From: the human T2T-CHM13v2.0 reference genome, Homo sapiens
Assembly (NCBI RefSeq): GCF_009914755.1
Contig: NC_060933.1
Length of the DNA stretch: 64,000 nt
Direction: 5' to 3' (one strand)
The stretch's first letter is position 1; each line of letters starts with the position of its first letter. The translations under genes and the position numbers were made by a program. The notes below the pieces were generated by a model, which was given only the letters and a program-made list of their open reading frames with translations, had not been told where the DNA came from and did not search any database. Positions 25,820 to 40,843 of this stretch are shown here, piece by piece.

Positions 25820-27310
25820 ATGACTAGAAGAAGCTCTCTAAACAGAAGGAAAATAATAAAAGAAATATTGAAACATCCGTAGGAAGAAAAAGCAATGGAA
25901 AGAGTAAAAGTATCAGTGAATACAATATATTTTCTTTAAACTCTTCTTGGGTTTTCTAAACTATGATTGATGATCAAGGAAAAATTTATAACACATTTAT
26001 ATGGTCCTAAATGTGTGTAAAGAAATTATGTATGACAATTACAAGTTGGAGAGGGTAAAAGGACATAAAGAAGGGTAAAGTTTCTGCACTTCATATGAAC
26101 TGCTACAATGTTGACACTAGTAAACTGTAATAAGTAGTATATATTTCATACAATACCTAGAGCAAACCATGTTCATGAACTGGAAGACTCAATACAGTAA
26201 AGATGTGAGTTCTTCCCAAATTGTCATCCAATTTTAATGCAATTCATATCAAATCCCTGTCAGAGTTTTTGTAGATATAACCGAAGCTATTATAAAACTC
26301 ATATGAAAAGGCAAAGGGATAAGAATAGCTAAAACGATGTTGACAAAGAAGGATAAAACAAAAGAAATCCCCCCCCCCACCTGATTTCAAGACTTATAGC
26401 TACAATAATCAAGTGGTATTGACAGAGACATTGACACATAGATCCATGAAACAGAATAAAGAGCCAAGAAATAGACTCACATGAATATGCCCAAAAGTGG
26501 AAAGGCAATTTAATGGAAGTAGGATAGCTTTTTCAGCAAATAGTGTAGCAATTGGACAATCATAGTAAAAACAACCACCAAAAGAAGCCTTAACCTAAAC
26601 CTTACAGCTTACAACAATATTAACTCAAATTAGATAATGGACTTAAATGTAAAACATGAAAGTATAAAACTTTTAGAAAAAATAGAAACATAGGGAAAGA
26701 TCTTCAAGATCTGGAGCTAGGCAAATAGTTCTTAGGTTTGACGTAATAAACACAATCCATAAAAGAAAAAATTGAAATATTGAACTTCATCAAAATTAGA
26801 AACTTTTGCTGTTTGAAAGACCGGGTATGGAGGATAAAAAGGCAAGCTGCAAACTGGGAGAAAATATTCATAAATCACAGAGTTATTATCTAGAGTATAT
26901 AAAGAACAATTATCTAGAATATGTAAAGAACTCTCAAAATGTAGTATTAAAAAAGGAAACTAACAGCCCAATTATAAAATAGGCAAAAGGCATGAACAAC
27001 ATTTCAATGAAGGAATATACAGATAGCAAATAAGCACACAAAAATATGTTCAAGCCATCAGAGAAGTACAAATTAAAATCAAAGTTAGATATCATCACCT
27101 AACAGGAGAATGGATAAAATAAAATTAATGTCAACACCAAATGTTGGTAAGGATGCAGAGAAACTGGATTACTTATACATTGTCAGTGGAAATATAAAAT
27201 GGTATGGTCACTCTAGAAAATCATTTGCCAATTTCTTACAAAAAAAAATTGCAAATACCATATGGCCCTGCAATTAGTTTCTTAGGTATTTATCCCAGAG
27301 AAATTAAAAT
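25820..27310 (+). mobile_element. L1MC/MD-type element with internal deletion
   Basis: ORF1-end/inter-ORF sequence joined at about 26168 to ORF2 CATGTTCATGAACTGGAAGACTCAATA, continuing to GGTATTTATCCCAGAGAAAT. Confidence 0.75.
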
Positions 27311-27446
27311 AGGATTTTTAATTTTTCCCAGGCTTATACTTTATTTTTTACTTGGCTTATATTCTTTATCTTTTTGTTATAACATATGCTCCCACAAGAA
27401 AGATACCAAGGTCTTTGAATTCTGAAGCCATGTTGTTCTCCAGGAA

Positions 27447-27564
27447 TTTTGACTTAACTAAGGCCAAGCAATATAATAAGGTAATTTAGGTACTCATTTT
27501 GCTACCCCTACTTCGCAATGTTTGGGGTTTTCTATATAACTAGGTCAAAGGTATCAGAGCAAAT
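27447..27564 (+). repeat. Local direct duplication 1, copy A (partner 28846-28964)
   Basis: Manual alignment gives about 23 differences in about 119 bp (about 80% identity). Confidence 0.9.
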
Positions 27565-28699
27565 GTCAATAATCTTATTTAAGATGATGCCCTGACATTA
27601 AATAGTCTATGTTCGTGAGTACTTTTATTGTTGTCATTGCAGGTACCTTATTTAAATTTCGTAAATATTGACGAAGCTCTTCCTATATGCCTTGCTTTAA
27701 GTGCTGTCCAAAGGGTCACGGTCCAATAAAGAAGTCACATCATATGAACAACTGCAATGTAATAGAGGGTATGGAGAGGTCTAAGCAGCATAGAGGATGA
27801 TGTAATCTCCTATGGGTTAGGGGTGAATAACAATGGGAGTCAGAGAGTTTGCCAAAGCAATGGCCACTAACCTAGATTTTCATCACTGAGCATCATTAGT
27901 TCATGAAATCCACATGTTGAACAAAGGGCAAGGAAACCTGGAGAGTGCCATAAACATCTTCACGGGAAATCTAGTTTGCAATGTTTTCCTTATTACCAAA
28001 GATACAAGTAAAAGTGAACATGATTGAAATAAAAAGAATGGGTTAAGCAGAACTAGCTTAGCTGGGTTGTTCATAAAACATACTGTGTCATCGTCTCTTT
28101 AAATCCATATTCCTTTCCTAATACTCAATGGATATTACCATGTACTTTCTAATTTTTCTCAACTCTATGTTCTGCCTTGCAGAAGGACCCCAAACCTTTA
28201 TTCTTCATTAAACTGCATTTTCCTGTGGCCCTGTTCAGAAATGTCCGTGTTGTTTAGAGTTTGACATGGAATGATAACACAGGTTAGTTAAAATACTAAT
28301 TTAAAATTTTTAGAGCAAAACATGTATTCTAAATTGCAGAAAAGGAAAAAAGAAATGAGAACATTTGAAAGAAAAGACCAGAATATGTGAATAGAACAGC
28401 ACGTTTAAGATGATTAATTTAAGTTCCTAAAGCACTTATTAACTGATATTTTGCTTTAGTCAAATTTATTAAATACTCTCTATGGAACAGAAATTGTGTT
28501 AGATGCTCTAACATGTCTATCTTATTTCTTTTAAGAAATAATATCTTGTGGTTATATCCCCTTTATAGGAGTGAGAAAATTACAAATTTTACAGTTCATT
28601 TCTGCTGACATGTCTTATGACTCCATAAATCTATCAGGATCCTGGAAAGAAAGAGCTGATACTCAAGTTGGGTGGGAGGATAGTGCTGTAACCTAAAGC

Positions 28700-28845
28700 T
28701 AGTAACTGGAGAGAGTTATTCCTGCCTAAATGGTCAAGGTGCAAAGCAGTTACTAAAACCTGCCTGAAAGGAGCTGTTGGCTTTCATCAAGATACTAACC
28801 TGCCAGTGGTGTCCCTACAGAAGGAAATAAATCTCCCAATCTTAC
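28700..28845 (-). mobile_element. Possible LTR33-like fragment abutting duplication copy B
   Basis: CAGTTACTAAAACC...GGAGCTGTTGGC...GGAAATAAATCTCCCAATCTTACT. Confidence 0.3.
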
Positions 28846-28964
28846 TTTTGATTTAACTAAGGCTGTATGATATAGTAAGATAATTTAGATATTCATTTGT
28901 CTATCCTTACTTTGATATGCTTGGGGTTTTCCTATATCACTAGATCAAAGCTATCAGAGCAAAT
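28846..28964 (+). repeat. Local direct duplication 1, copy B
   Basis: TTTTGATTTAACTAAGGC...TATCAGAGCAAAT. Confidence 0.9.
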
Positions 28965-29017
28965 AGCTTTCATATCATTTGCTCTGCTATGTTTTCTTCT
29001 CATCTTTTGCTGAACTT

Positions 29018-29437
29018 TACTGGGGCAAATTCAGTACCCAATATTTCACGTGGGTCCTTTTCTATTTTCCCTAAGTGTTGGCCAGTCTGAGAAATAAAGG
29101 GAAAGAGTACAGAAGAGAGAAATTTTAAAGCTGGGTGTCAGGGGAAGACATCACATGTCGGCAGGTTCCGTGATGCCCCTCAAGCCGCAAAACCAGCAAG
29201 TTTTTATTAGTGATTTTCAAAAGGGGAGGGAGTGTATGGATAGGGTGTGGGTCACAGAGATCACATGCTTCACAAGGTAATAAAATATCACAAGGCAAAT
29301 GGAGGCAGGGCGAGATCACAGGATCACAGGACCACAGGACCATAGGACCAGGGCAAAATTTAAATTGCTAATGAAGTTTCCAGCACACATTGTCATTGAT
29401 AACATCTTATCAGGAGACAGGGTTTGAGAGCAGACAA
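29018..29437 (-). mobile_element. MER11 (HML-8/HERV-K11) LTR, 3' about 420 bp only
   Basis: ATATTTCACGTGGGTCCTTTTCTATTTTCCCTAAGTG...CAGGAGACAGGGTTTGAGAGCAGACAA. Confidence 0.85.
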
Positions 29438-31139
29438 AACTCAATTATTGAAGGTTCTTGTAAATCATGATTTTCATTTCTTACCTATGTATGAAGTTAT
29501 GAAGGTGCATGGGACCTTACAAAAGACAATTTTTAAAAAGTCTGACATCTATCTGGAACTTCACAGCTTATAGCTTTTAAAGTGTTTCTCTGTAGATTAC
29601 CTCTTCAATGTAGCTTCAACATTTAGGCAACTTCCAGCTGGCTCTAGAATTCAAAAGAATCAATCCAGGGTGAGTAAGAAATTCCGGACATGAGGACTGA
29701 GCCCAGAAGCTGCCGTGTTAATAGTCCTTAAAGTTTTACTGCAAAACTGGAGGTTTACAATATAAAAATAAAATTCAAGTTTCTTTAGGAACTCGAATCT
29801 AACATACTGTATTTAGTGATAGATATAATCTTTCTAGATGTGTTGGCATCTTTTTTGATGGCTAGCATGTGATAGTTGCTTGTTCTGCTAGCTAAGGAGG
29901 CATATAATAATTAAAATATGAAGAGTCTGATAAGGTACCTCCCAGAATTGAAAACTAAGCAGGTAGTGCACTGTGTCTCTCATGAATGTGCTTGTTTCTA
30001 TGAATAGAAGACTCTTAGGATAAAGGATAGAGCTGGATGAGCGTGCATCTTTACCTTAAGGTCCCCAAAATGAATCTTTGCCCTGTTTCATTTTATTCTA
30101 AAAAAAATCAGCTAAACACCTCTCTGTGAGTCAGACACTGTGTTTTTCAGAATAGCTGACTGAATAAACAAATGCAAACATAAATCCTGCCTAAAGAAAA
30201 CACAACAGAGAAGTCGTTCCAAAGAAGTTTGTGAAATAAAATATCATTATCTTAAAGAGTGAAAATTTAAAAATAGTTGTGAATTACCCAATTATGATCT
30301 AAAAAGGAATCCATTACAAAATTAAACTCAGTGATTTTGATCATAAATTATATATCTGACTTTTTGCTAGGCTATAGCCTGCATGAAAAAGAAAAATAAA
30401 TCATATTGCTTCAAGGGGCTTCAGTCTTACAAAGTGTGCATATGTGAAACGGACACAAGGAAAGTCAGGACCACTAAAGGTGCGGACACCATGGGTCAGG
30501 TAAAGCCAGGAAATAAAACAACAGGAACAGGAAGCACCAGATTAAGGCGGAGAAGTACTCAGAATGGATCCAATTCCGGGAGTAGAAATTGAGGGAGAGA
30601 GTGTCTGTGTAGCTCGATACAGAAACAAGAGTGTCATAGTGTGAACATGCAGGAGGGCTCCAATCTGAAGTCAATAAGTCACTTTAAAAGAGGTAAAATA
30701 AAGGTGATAAAATGTGAGAGGTAAAGAGAGACTTTATTGTGTCCTGAATACCAAGGTAAGCTCATTTTTAACTTTATCAAGTAGGTTGTTTGTAAACAAA
30801 AGCTAAGAAGCACAGTAAGAACTAATGTTTATTTATCACTAAATATATGCGAGATGCTATATTTCAAGCCATCCCATAAATTATCCTGTTTGATCCTGAA
30901 ACGCATATATTAACTATTCAATAAGTCTCAGCCATTATTATTATCAATTTTTATTTCTAGATTTTCTCTTAATGACACTTGAATTACAAATGGGTAAAAG
31001 CAAGATTGGTGTTATTAGGGAAGGAGAATTTTTTTTTTGCAAAGTGCATCTCTCAATTTATGTCATCTTTAATTTTTTTCAACAAATTTTTTACATTGGT
31101 ATTGAATGTAAAGATATTTCACATCTTCCGTGGGGGTTT

Positions 31140-31725
31140 TTTAATCTCTGACTGTATTTGTGGGTTTGTCTATTTCTCTTTGCACTTCTATCAGTTCTTA
31201 CTTCATGTATTTAGAAGCACTGTTACTACATTGATAAATATTTAGGGTGGTGATATGGTTTGGCTGTGTCCCAACCCAAAATCTCATCTTAAACTGTAAT
31301 CCTCATAATCTTCATGTGTCAAGGGTAGGACCAGGTGGAGGTAATTGGATCATGGGGGCAGTTTTCCCCATGCTGTTCTCATGAAAATGAGAGTCTCATG
31401 AGATCTGATGATTTTATAAACATCTGGCATTTCCCCTACCTGCGCTCACTCCATCCTGTGAAGAAAGTGCCTGCTTCTTCTTTGCCTTCTGCCATAATTT
31501 TAAGTTTCCTGAGACCTCCCCAGCCATGCGGAACTGTGAGTCAATTAAACCTCTTTCCTTTATAAATTACCCAGTCTCAGGTCTTCCTTCATAGCAGTGT
31601 AAGAATGGACTAATACAGATGGTTATGTGTTTTAGCGAATTGGCTCCTTTATCACCATGAAATGACTTTCTTTATTCCTGGTCTATTCCTTACTTTGAAA
31701 TCTACCTTGATAGTAATACAGCTCC
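31140..31725 (-). mobile_element. Old L1M fragment hosting THE1D
   Basis: GGGTTTGTCTATTTCTCTTTG...CTTTATCACCATGAAATG...AATACAGCTCCAGCT. Confidence 0.6.
31251..31617 (+). mobile_element. THE1D solo LTR (MaLR)
   Basis: TGATATGGTTTGGCTGTGTCCC...GGACTAATACA; near-TSD GGTGG / GATGG. Confidence 0.9.
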
Positions 31726-33489
31726 AGCTCTAGAAGAGAATTTAAGACTAGAAAACAGGAAAGGGCCCAAAGCACTCATTCTGGATTTGGGCACTGGGCT
31801 CGGTCCATTTCTGTTGCAGCCATGAGCGAAATCTTCTGTAAATGTCAGCTCAGCCAGGAAAATTTATTTTTTGCTCTCAGTATGATCTTGTTGATTTCAG
31901 GAGCTTTGAATGTCTATGGTTTTTCCAAAGTAAAACAATTTTGACCTGAGGCTCTGACCCATTTAGTTTTCTATCATATACAAAGTCTATACACGTATTA
32001 GGGAAATATTTCTTTTGCTTACAACATCCAAATAAAATGTACATTCACTCTTATATGAAAGAAAAATGAATTTAAGAGCATCTTCTTTCTCTTCATCATT
32101 TGTTATCTTTCTATCACTTTCCCCAAGCAAAGAGATAATTCTTTCATTGTACTTTATGTTCTGCACATAGCTTCTGTGTCTGGAATAAAAGTGGAAAGAA
32201 GCAATAATAGTACCATCTCATCAAAGAATAAGCAGGCCATCAAACAATCGGTCTTTATAATTGTAAAACATTTCCCAACTGTAAAAATCGAACAAGGTCA
32301 CTAAATCAATAAGTCCTAGATGTTGCCCCACAAAACATAGTACCCTACAAACAGAACTTTACTCATAAGCCCTGAACTAATAAATTTAAATAGTGACCAA
32401 ATTCCCTTTTAAAGAGTTGCCTTTGTGTGACAAGAGGAAGTAGGAATGGCAGGACTGGTTAATATGAGGTGACCCACTTCAGCAATGCTGTCAGAAGCCA
32501 AGAACAGTGCCTTTCCTTCACAGTGGCTTTGTTGAGTGTTTAGGAAAATGTTGCCAAAATGTTCATTACCAGATGGCATTAAAAAAATGTATTTCTCATG
32601 TCAGTGAGTCACTCTGGGGAAAAAATACTGACAAATATGGTAATACCACATCAGTTTATTTGCTTTCAGTATTTTGCATGAAAAAGTTCTATAAGTCCAA
32701 TTAGAGATTGGTATGCAAAACTGTCCTTTATGTTTTGTTTTAAATATAAAACTCAGTTTCATAATTCCAACCATCTCTGTACTAATCCCTGAATATGCAA
32801 TATATCATGTATATCATAATAACTATCAGCAAAAAAATAAATGCAGGATTCTGTTCCAATCAAAGGTACTCTTTATAAGTTGATATCCTATACCCTTGTT
32901 TGATAATGGTTTAAAGGTTCCAAGCAGTGTCTCACCTGACTACCAGTACCAGATGGTACCCCTAGTGCCCACTAATCTACAATTTGCAGCTCAGAGCAAG
33001 TGTTGAATTGTTCTTCTAGGTTTAGATCATAAGCGCAGACCACAAGTCTTAACCAGCACACACACAGGGGTATCACTATTCAGAGTAAACGGTGTTTAGA
33101 AAAATGCTGCAAAGGATACAGAAAATAAAGGTAAAATTTCATCATTTATGCTACAATCTCTGGGATTTCTTGGCAAATTTATGAACAGTTCTGTAAATGT
33201 TTCATTGGAGTAATGAACAACTGATGCCTCAGAGATGTGCAGCTTCCTTGGTGGAGAGTTCCAGCCCAAAGAGTTTCATTATAATATGGTACTGGAAGTC
33301 AAAAAATGCTGAATGTTCTGAAGACTTGAACCATGGACAATGCCTTTTTACCACAGACAATGATGTTGTTTAGCAATGGTTGGCTTTGTGAAATGAGAAT
33401 ATGATAGAAAATTATTGGATCAAGGAGGACTAGAATATCTTACTTTCTAGGAGTAGGGTTCTCATAGTTGTATCTTATTGAGAAATAGT

Positions 33490-35000
33490 AAGACTAAATA
33501 AGTGAGAAGATATAAAAAGTTCATGGATTGGATTACTCCGTATTTTAAATATATCAATTTCCCTCAAATTTCACTCCCAATGAAAATCTCTATTTTTGTG
33601 TGTGGGATTTCATAAGCTGATTCTGAAATTTATGAAATAAAAATACGAAAGGCCAAGAACAGTCAAAATACTCTTAACAAAAGCTGAGAGGACTTATTCT
33701 AACACATATCAAAACTTATTTTTAAATTGCAGTAATTAGGAGTGTGTGGTATTTGTGCAGGGGGGAGTCAAACAGACCAATCAGAATAAATGTCATAGAA
33801 ACAGACCTCATGTACAATGGCATGTCATGTTGATTTGTTGGGGCCAAAGACTCTCCAATAAATGGTACTGGGACAACTATGTATCCATAGGGAAATAAAT
33901 AAAATGATCCATACCTCAAAGCACACATAAAACTAACTCCAAATAGATTAAAGGCACAAAGAAAAAAATCTACAAAACTGTCAAGCTTGCAGAATATAGG
34001 ATATCTTCATGACCTTAAGGTAGGTATAGCTTCCTTCAATAAGACAAAAAGAAAAAAAAAAAAAGCACTGGCACTGTATTTCTGTGTATATGTGAATATG
34101 TGTGTGAAAATTAACTAAATACACATGACCCCTTGGGTGGAAAATTAACAGAGACCTTATGAAATGCCTACAACTCAATGACAATAAGGACATGAGGAAT
34201 CAAGAGCAGTGAGGTGCTAAGGCAATAGTAAAAGAAAACTTTCAACTCAGAAGAGCAGAAATGTTGAGTAGCAAAAATTCAACTCAAAAAGTTGGGAAAA
34301 AAAACCCACATAAATGCCATAAAATGAGAAAATATAGAAAAAGAAGAAATCAATGGATTAAAGAACCATATAATAAAAATATTACTGGAAACTGAAATTG
34401 TTTCTTTGAAAATATCAACAATGCAAAGCCCTAACAACACTGATCAATTGAAAAGAGAGTACATTATCTTTAATTGATGTTAAAAATTCAAACAAACATA
34501 TTGGAAACAAACAAACATACTATAAAATGAAAGAGGAGATAACAGATATATAATTGCTTTAATGTTGTGAATAAGTATCCATTAAACCTCGAAGAAATTG
34601 ACAACTTTCTGGGAAAATGTAAAAAGACAAAATAGTCACAGAATGAAATTTAGTAGAACTAATATAGGCCAATAGTATTTAAAGAAATTGAGATTCATTA
34701 AAGATATTCCAAGGCCCAGGTCCTGGAAGCTCACAGATGAGTTCTGTCAGGCTTCAAAGAAATAGGTAATTCCTCTCATGTACAGGTTGTTCCAGGAAAG
34801 AGAAAGAGGATGAGCTGCTCAAGTAATTTTATGACACCAGGATAACTAGATAAGGCCATTGGTTAAAAAAAAAAAAAATGACAGTCAGCCCAAATTCTTT
34901 GATTCTGCCTGAGAGACTTAAAGCTATCGTTGCAATCATAAGCCATACATTTAATGGAAAGCCTTTCAATAATAATGTGAAGACTGATGGCACAGAGGTT
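33490..35000 (+). mobile_element. Ancient L1M ORF2 fragments
   Basis: GTTCATGGATTGGA, AAGCTGATTCTGAAATTTAT, AATAAATGGTACTGGGACAACT, GGCCCAGGTCCTGG motifs. Confidence 0.6.
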
Positions 35001-35411
35001 TTGAAAATATAATTTGTCAAATTGGATATTAAAGATCTTTACCTTGAACATACTAATAATACAATAGTAAGCAAATGTAGGGTGGGAGTCCTTTCTGGTC
35101 ATATTCATTGTTATTCTGTGTCACGTAACATGAATTTTGGTCTTTTATTCTAGTCATCCTAAGACATCCTACTTTTTTGATATAAACGGTTCATTGTTAT
35201 TTCATATGGCTCATCTGTGTATCTGTTTATTGGAAGTAACATTTACTTATTTTATTTATTGTAAAATAATCTAATTTTTACTATGCACCCCAGAACTATG
35301 ATGATATGCTAAGATCTCTTGACTTCATCTAATAACATCACCTTTACTGAAGTGGATAGGTTTAACTATGTAGTCAAAGTATTAATAATATTAAGTAGGT
35401 GGGATAAATCA

Positions 35412-37207
<1,796 letters not shown>

Positions 37208-38658
37208 CAACTAAATGTACATTTAATAACAAATATATTTCAAACAAAAAATAGTAAAAAGTTACCAACTAGAAAAAAATTTTAAATGTGTATGTTATCA
37301 AAGTAATATATTGTATAAAGTGTATGCAGTTCAATGATAAATATCAAACATATTAGACTGGTGCCTACCAAAGAGATTAAGAAAAAAAGAAATTAAGAAC
37401 ACTGAACACTTGTGGTCATTTTAGGAGGATATGAAATTACTCTATATCATCAGCTTAATGAAGAAAGCATAGCGGATAAAAAAATATATCGAGCATTCAT
37501 TTTCCTTTTTAAGCATGATCAATCCTTGATAAATTCTCTTTTTCTAGAATCCATAGAAGTTAGCATCACTGGATTCAATTCACCTTATAAGCTTTATATA
37601 AGAGCCTTTCTAAATTTCCCAGACAGTCTATGGCAGTTTAAACACCGTGTTCTTGCAATTGCATCTCTCTTCTTTGATGCACATACCCAGTAACCGACCT
37701 AAATGCTTTATCCTCTCTTATTACAACATGAGATAAATTCCCTGGGGCCATTAAGATATAACTCAATCACTAAATAAACTGGTATGATTCAGAGAGTCCT
37801 TGACTGTCTTGAACTATATTATAAATGGAAAAATAAAATTCAATGCCTAAAATTCTAAAATACCTCCATAAAATAAAATAGCATAATTTCATTACAAAAA
37901 AAATCTTCTGTATAATTTTGTATAGCAAACTCTGAATTTCTATAGCCTGTCCTGATAAATTTGCATATGTATTCAATAGTCAATTAAGCTTTTAACAAGG
38001 GTAGGTTTTTGAAAGCGTCCAATAAATACTTATCTTTCCACCTGAGCACTGCCTTTCATAAAAACTAAAAGAGCAAAGCCAAATGACCTCCATATTACTG
38101 ATTAATCTGGGTAGCAGGGCACCTCAGCTTAAGATCAATGGGCTGGCTAGTATTCTCTCCAAGGTGGATCTTGGAACTGTCTCTCAGGAGAAAGCTCCAG
38201 GCAATAGGAGAGACACACCTACCATGTTTCTTCCTCCCACCATTAGAGGAGAATGCCCCCAACTCAGTGTTGTTGGCGGATAAGCTCCATCTAAGTGAGA
38301 AACTGGGAACAACAGCTGTCTTCTCCGTCTGTATCTCAATCCAATGTCAAGGGGAGAGTTAAGACATGGGTCAGGAGATTTCATATTTAGTGGAAATCGC
38401 TCCTCAGGGAACCCGGAGAAATGTAGGCATTCTAATCCTCAAGGAACTATGGTACTTAATAACAGTGAAAATGACAAATATTCACTTTATGAATATTATT
38501 TCAGAAACTAATTTAAGTATACTAACATATTTTCACATAAAGCCCACATTCCAATCTACTCTTTCTTTTTTACGTATGAGAGAACCAAGCCAGAAGAAGT
38601 TGAATAACATTTTGAAGGTCTCAGAGCTGTTAGGTGGAGGATGCAGCCATTAAATCCT

Positions 38659-38989
38659 CTATTTTTTTTTTAATTTTGTGTTTTGATTTTTGTGGATACA
38701 TACTAGGTATATATATTTATGGGGCACATGAATTGTTTTGATACAGACATGCAATGTGTAATAATCACAACAGAGAGAATGGGTACCCATCCCCTCAAGT
38801 ATCTATCGTTTGTGTTACAAAAAATCCAATTATACTTTTAGTTATTTTAAAATGTACAATTAAATTATCATTAACTACAGTCACCATGTTGTGCTATCAA
38901 ATACTAGGTCTTATTCATTAGAACTATTTTTTTGTACTCATTAACCATCCCACTGCCCTTCCCAGCTCCTAGTAACCATCCTTCTGCCC
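38659..38989 (-). mobile_element. L1MA2/3-like 3' end, 5'-truncated
   Basis: Poly-T, GGTATATATATTTATGGGGCACATG...; TSD TAAATCCT (38651-38658 / 38990-38997). Confidence 0.85.
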
Positions 38990-40144
38990 TAAATCCTAAC
39001 TTTAAATTAAATGCACATCTTCTCTGAGCTGATAAGGATATTTTAAAAAAACATATATTTCAAACATAGCTAGGGAATCAAAGTACACTTGAAATTTATC
39101 AATAATGTATTTTCTTTCTTTTTGCAATTGCTGTAGTGGCCAAAACATGGCACAGAACATAAATCACACACATTTGTTTTTATTTTATCATCAAAAACAT
39201 AGTATTAATCATGCATCAGTAGCTGTACCACAATTATCATGTTGTCTCCATAATATTAAAATCAGATTTTTTGTTTTGTTGCAGATTGTGTTTTAGCAAA
39301 ACAGATTACCCATCCTTTTATGGGGAGAAACCGTTTTTAATAAGGCAACTCCACACTGTCCATTTTCCCCTCCTAACTGACAGCTCAAAAGATAACAAAA
39401 GGGCCTAAAAGGCAATCCTCGACCAGATGCACATTCTTCCCCTTTGGAGATGATGAAGTCAAGCAGAGAAAATGCAGTGAGTCACCGTGCTTCTTGCCCA
39501 CACGGTCATCACCATGGCAACGACAGTTGCCAGGTGGAGAATTCTATCATACATCGTAATTGCTATGTCCACTTTAAGCAGATTAGGAAGGAAAAGATCT
39601 GCAATTTTGGCCTGAATTAAAATACTCTAAAGTAAATAAGAGAGTATTGACATCATAACCAATAAAGTGTAATTATATGATATGTACTGCTATAAAAACT
39701 GTACGTATTTAGACATAAGAATACTGATAACTAAAAATAATACCCCTCACTATGTATTTAATATCTTGAGGTATCACCACAATTAATGGACTTGATCACA
39801 CATGTAATTCCAAATCAAGGAAGTTTATGATGAGTACTACACACACAAAAAATGATGCTTATAAGATTCTAATATCCTTCAAATAAGAAGAGAAGCCACT
39901 GCAATTTTTAGAGTTTCCCTGGAGCAATAATACAGAAAAGATATTATTGAATCCACTGGAGAAGATATTGAATAAGAAATATGTCCATTTGTTAATATGT
40001 CTAACACTTGCTAAGAATAACAAACTCAGAAACAAATATTAGAGAAGTAAATAATAATCCACTTCACTTCTCAATAACATTAAAGGGCATTACAATATAC
40101 ACTGCCTTCCTATTGAAGGTCAGATCTATTTTAAATGATTTTTT

Positions 40145-40444
40145 TCAAGCTGTATTGTCTACAGGTTTTTCCATCTATGTATGTAATTGTGTAAGATTGG
40201 AAAAATGTACAAGGGTGTACAAATTTTAATTTCACAATGTTTTGATGACAAATATTCAGATATTACATGCCTGTAATCCCAGCACTTTAGGAGACTGAGG
40301 CAGGTGGATCATGAGGTCATGAGTCCAAGACCAGCCTGACTAACATGGTAGAAATATCTCTAGTCAATGAGATTCACATTCCCATTGCCTCCTTGAGGCT
40401 GTCAGAAACCTACAAGTAAGGCTTAAGTACAGCAAACAAGCCAG
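40145..40444 (+). repeat. Local direct duplication 2, copy A (partner 42007-42228), containing an Alu fragment
   Basis: TCAAGCTGT...CCATCTAT...CAATGAGATTCACATTCCC...TTGAGGCTGTCAGAAACCTA...AAACAAGCCAG present in both copies. Confidence 0.9.
40266..40349 (+). mobile_element. Internal Alu left-arm fragment with no tail and no TSD
   Basis: CATGCCTGTAATCCCAGCAC...CCAGCCTGACTAACATGGT. Confidence 0.88.
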
Positions 40445-40843
40445 TATTGGTCTCCTGGTGCTATTATCTCAAGTCTCCCTCTAGGGGACTCATTTTTCTG
40501 TTTAGTGTTAGAGAATATCTAATTTTTATTTTTTGAAAATAAGATATGTGTTGAAAATAATTTATTTAAAAGTGGAAAAGAATCCAGAGTAGAAGGAAAA
40601 AATCCTGCCGATGTTAATCTGACTCTGTTTGAGAAATATGGGATTCAAAAGCACCCTTAGAAGTTAAAGTGACTCACCTAATTTTGGAGCTAATTTTAAG
40701 TGAAAAGGAAAAACTGAGTGAGAAATATTATCTGATAGAAAAAAATACTCAAAAGACTTGAACAAATGCTTTACAAATAACGAAGTCTGGTGGCAATTCC
40801 AGGAAACATGGAAAAATCACAATCTACCCTGTTTCTCTCATGT

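Noticed and set aside
25715-27310. Possible second twin-primed L1 (minus 3' end plus a plus-strand body)
   Set aside because: The gap between the pieces appears large, no TSD was found and a shared subfamily cannot be confirmed by eye
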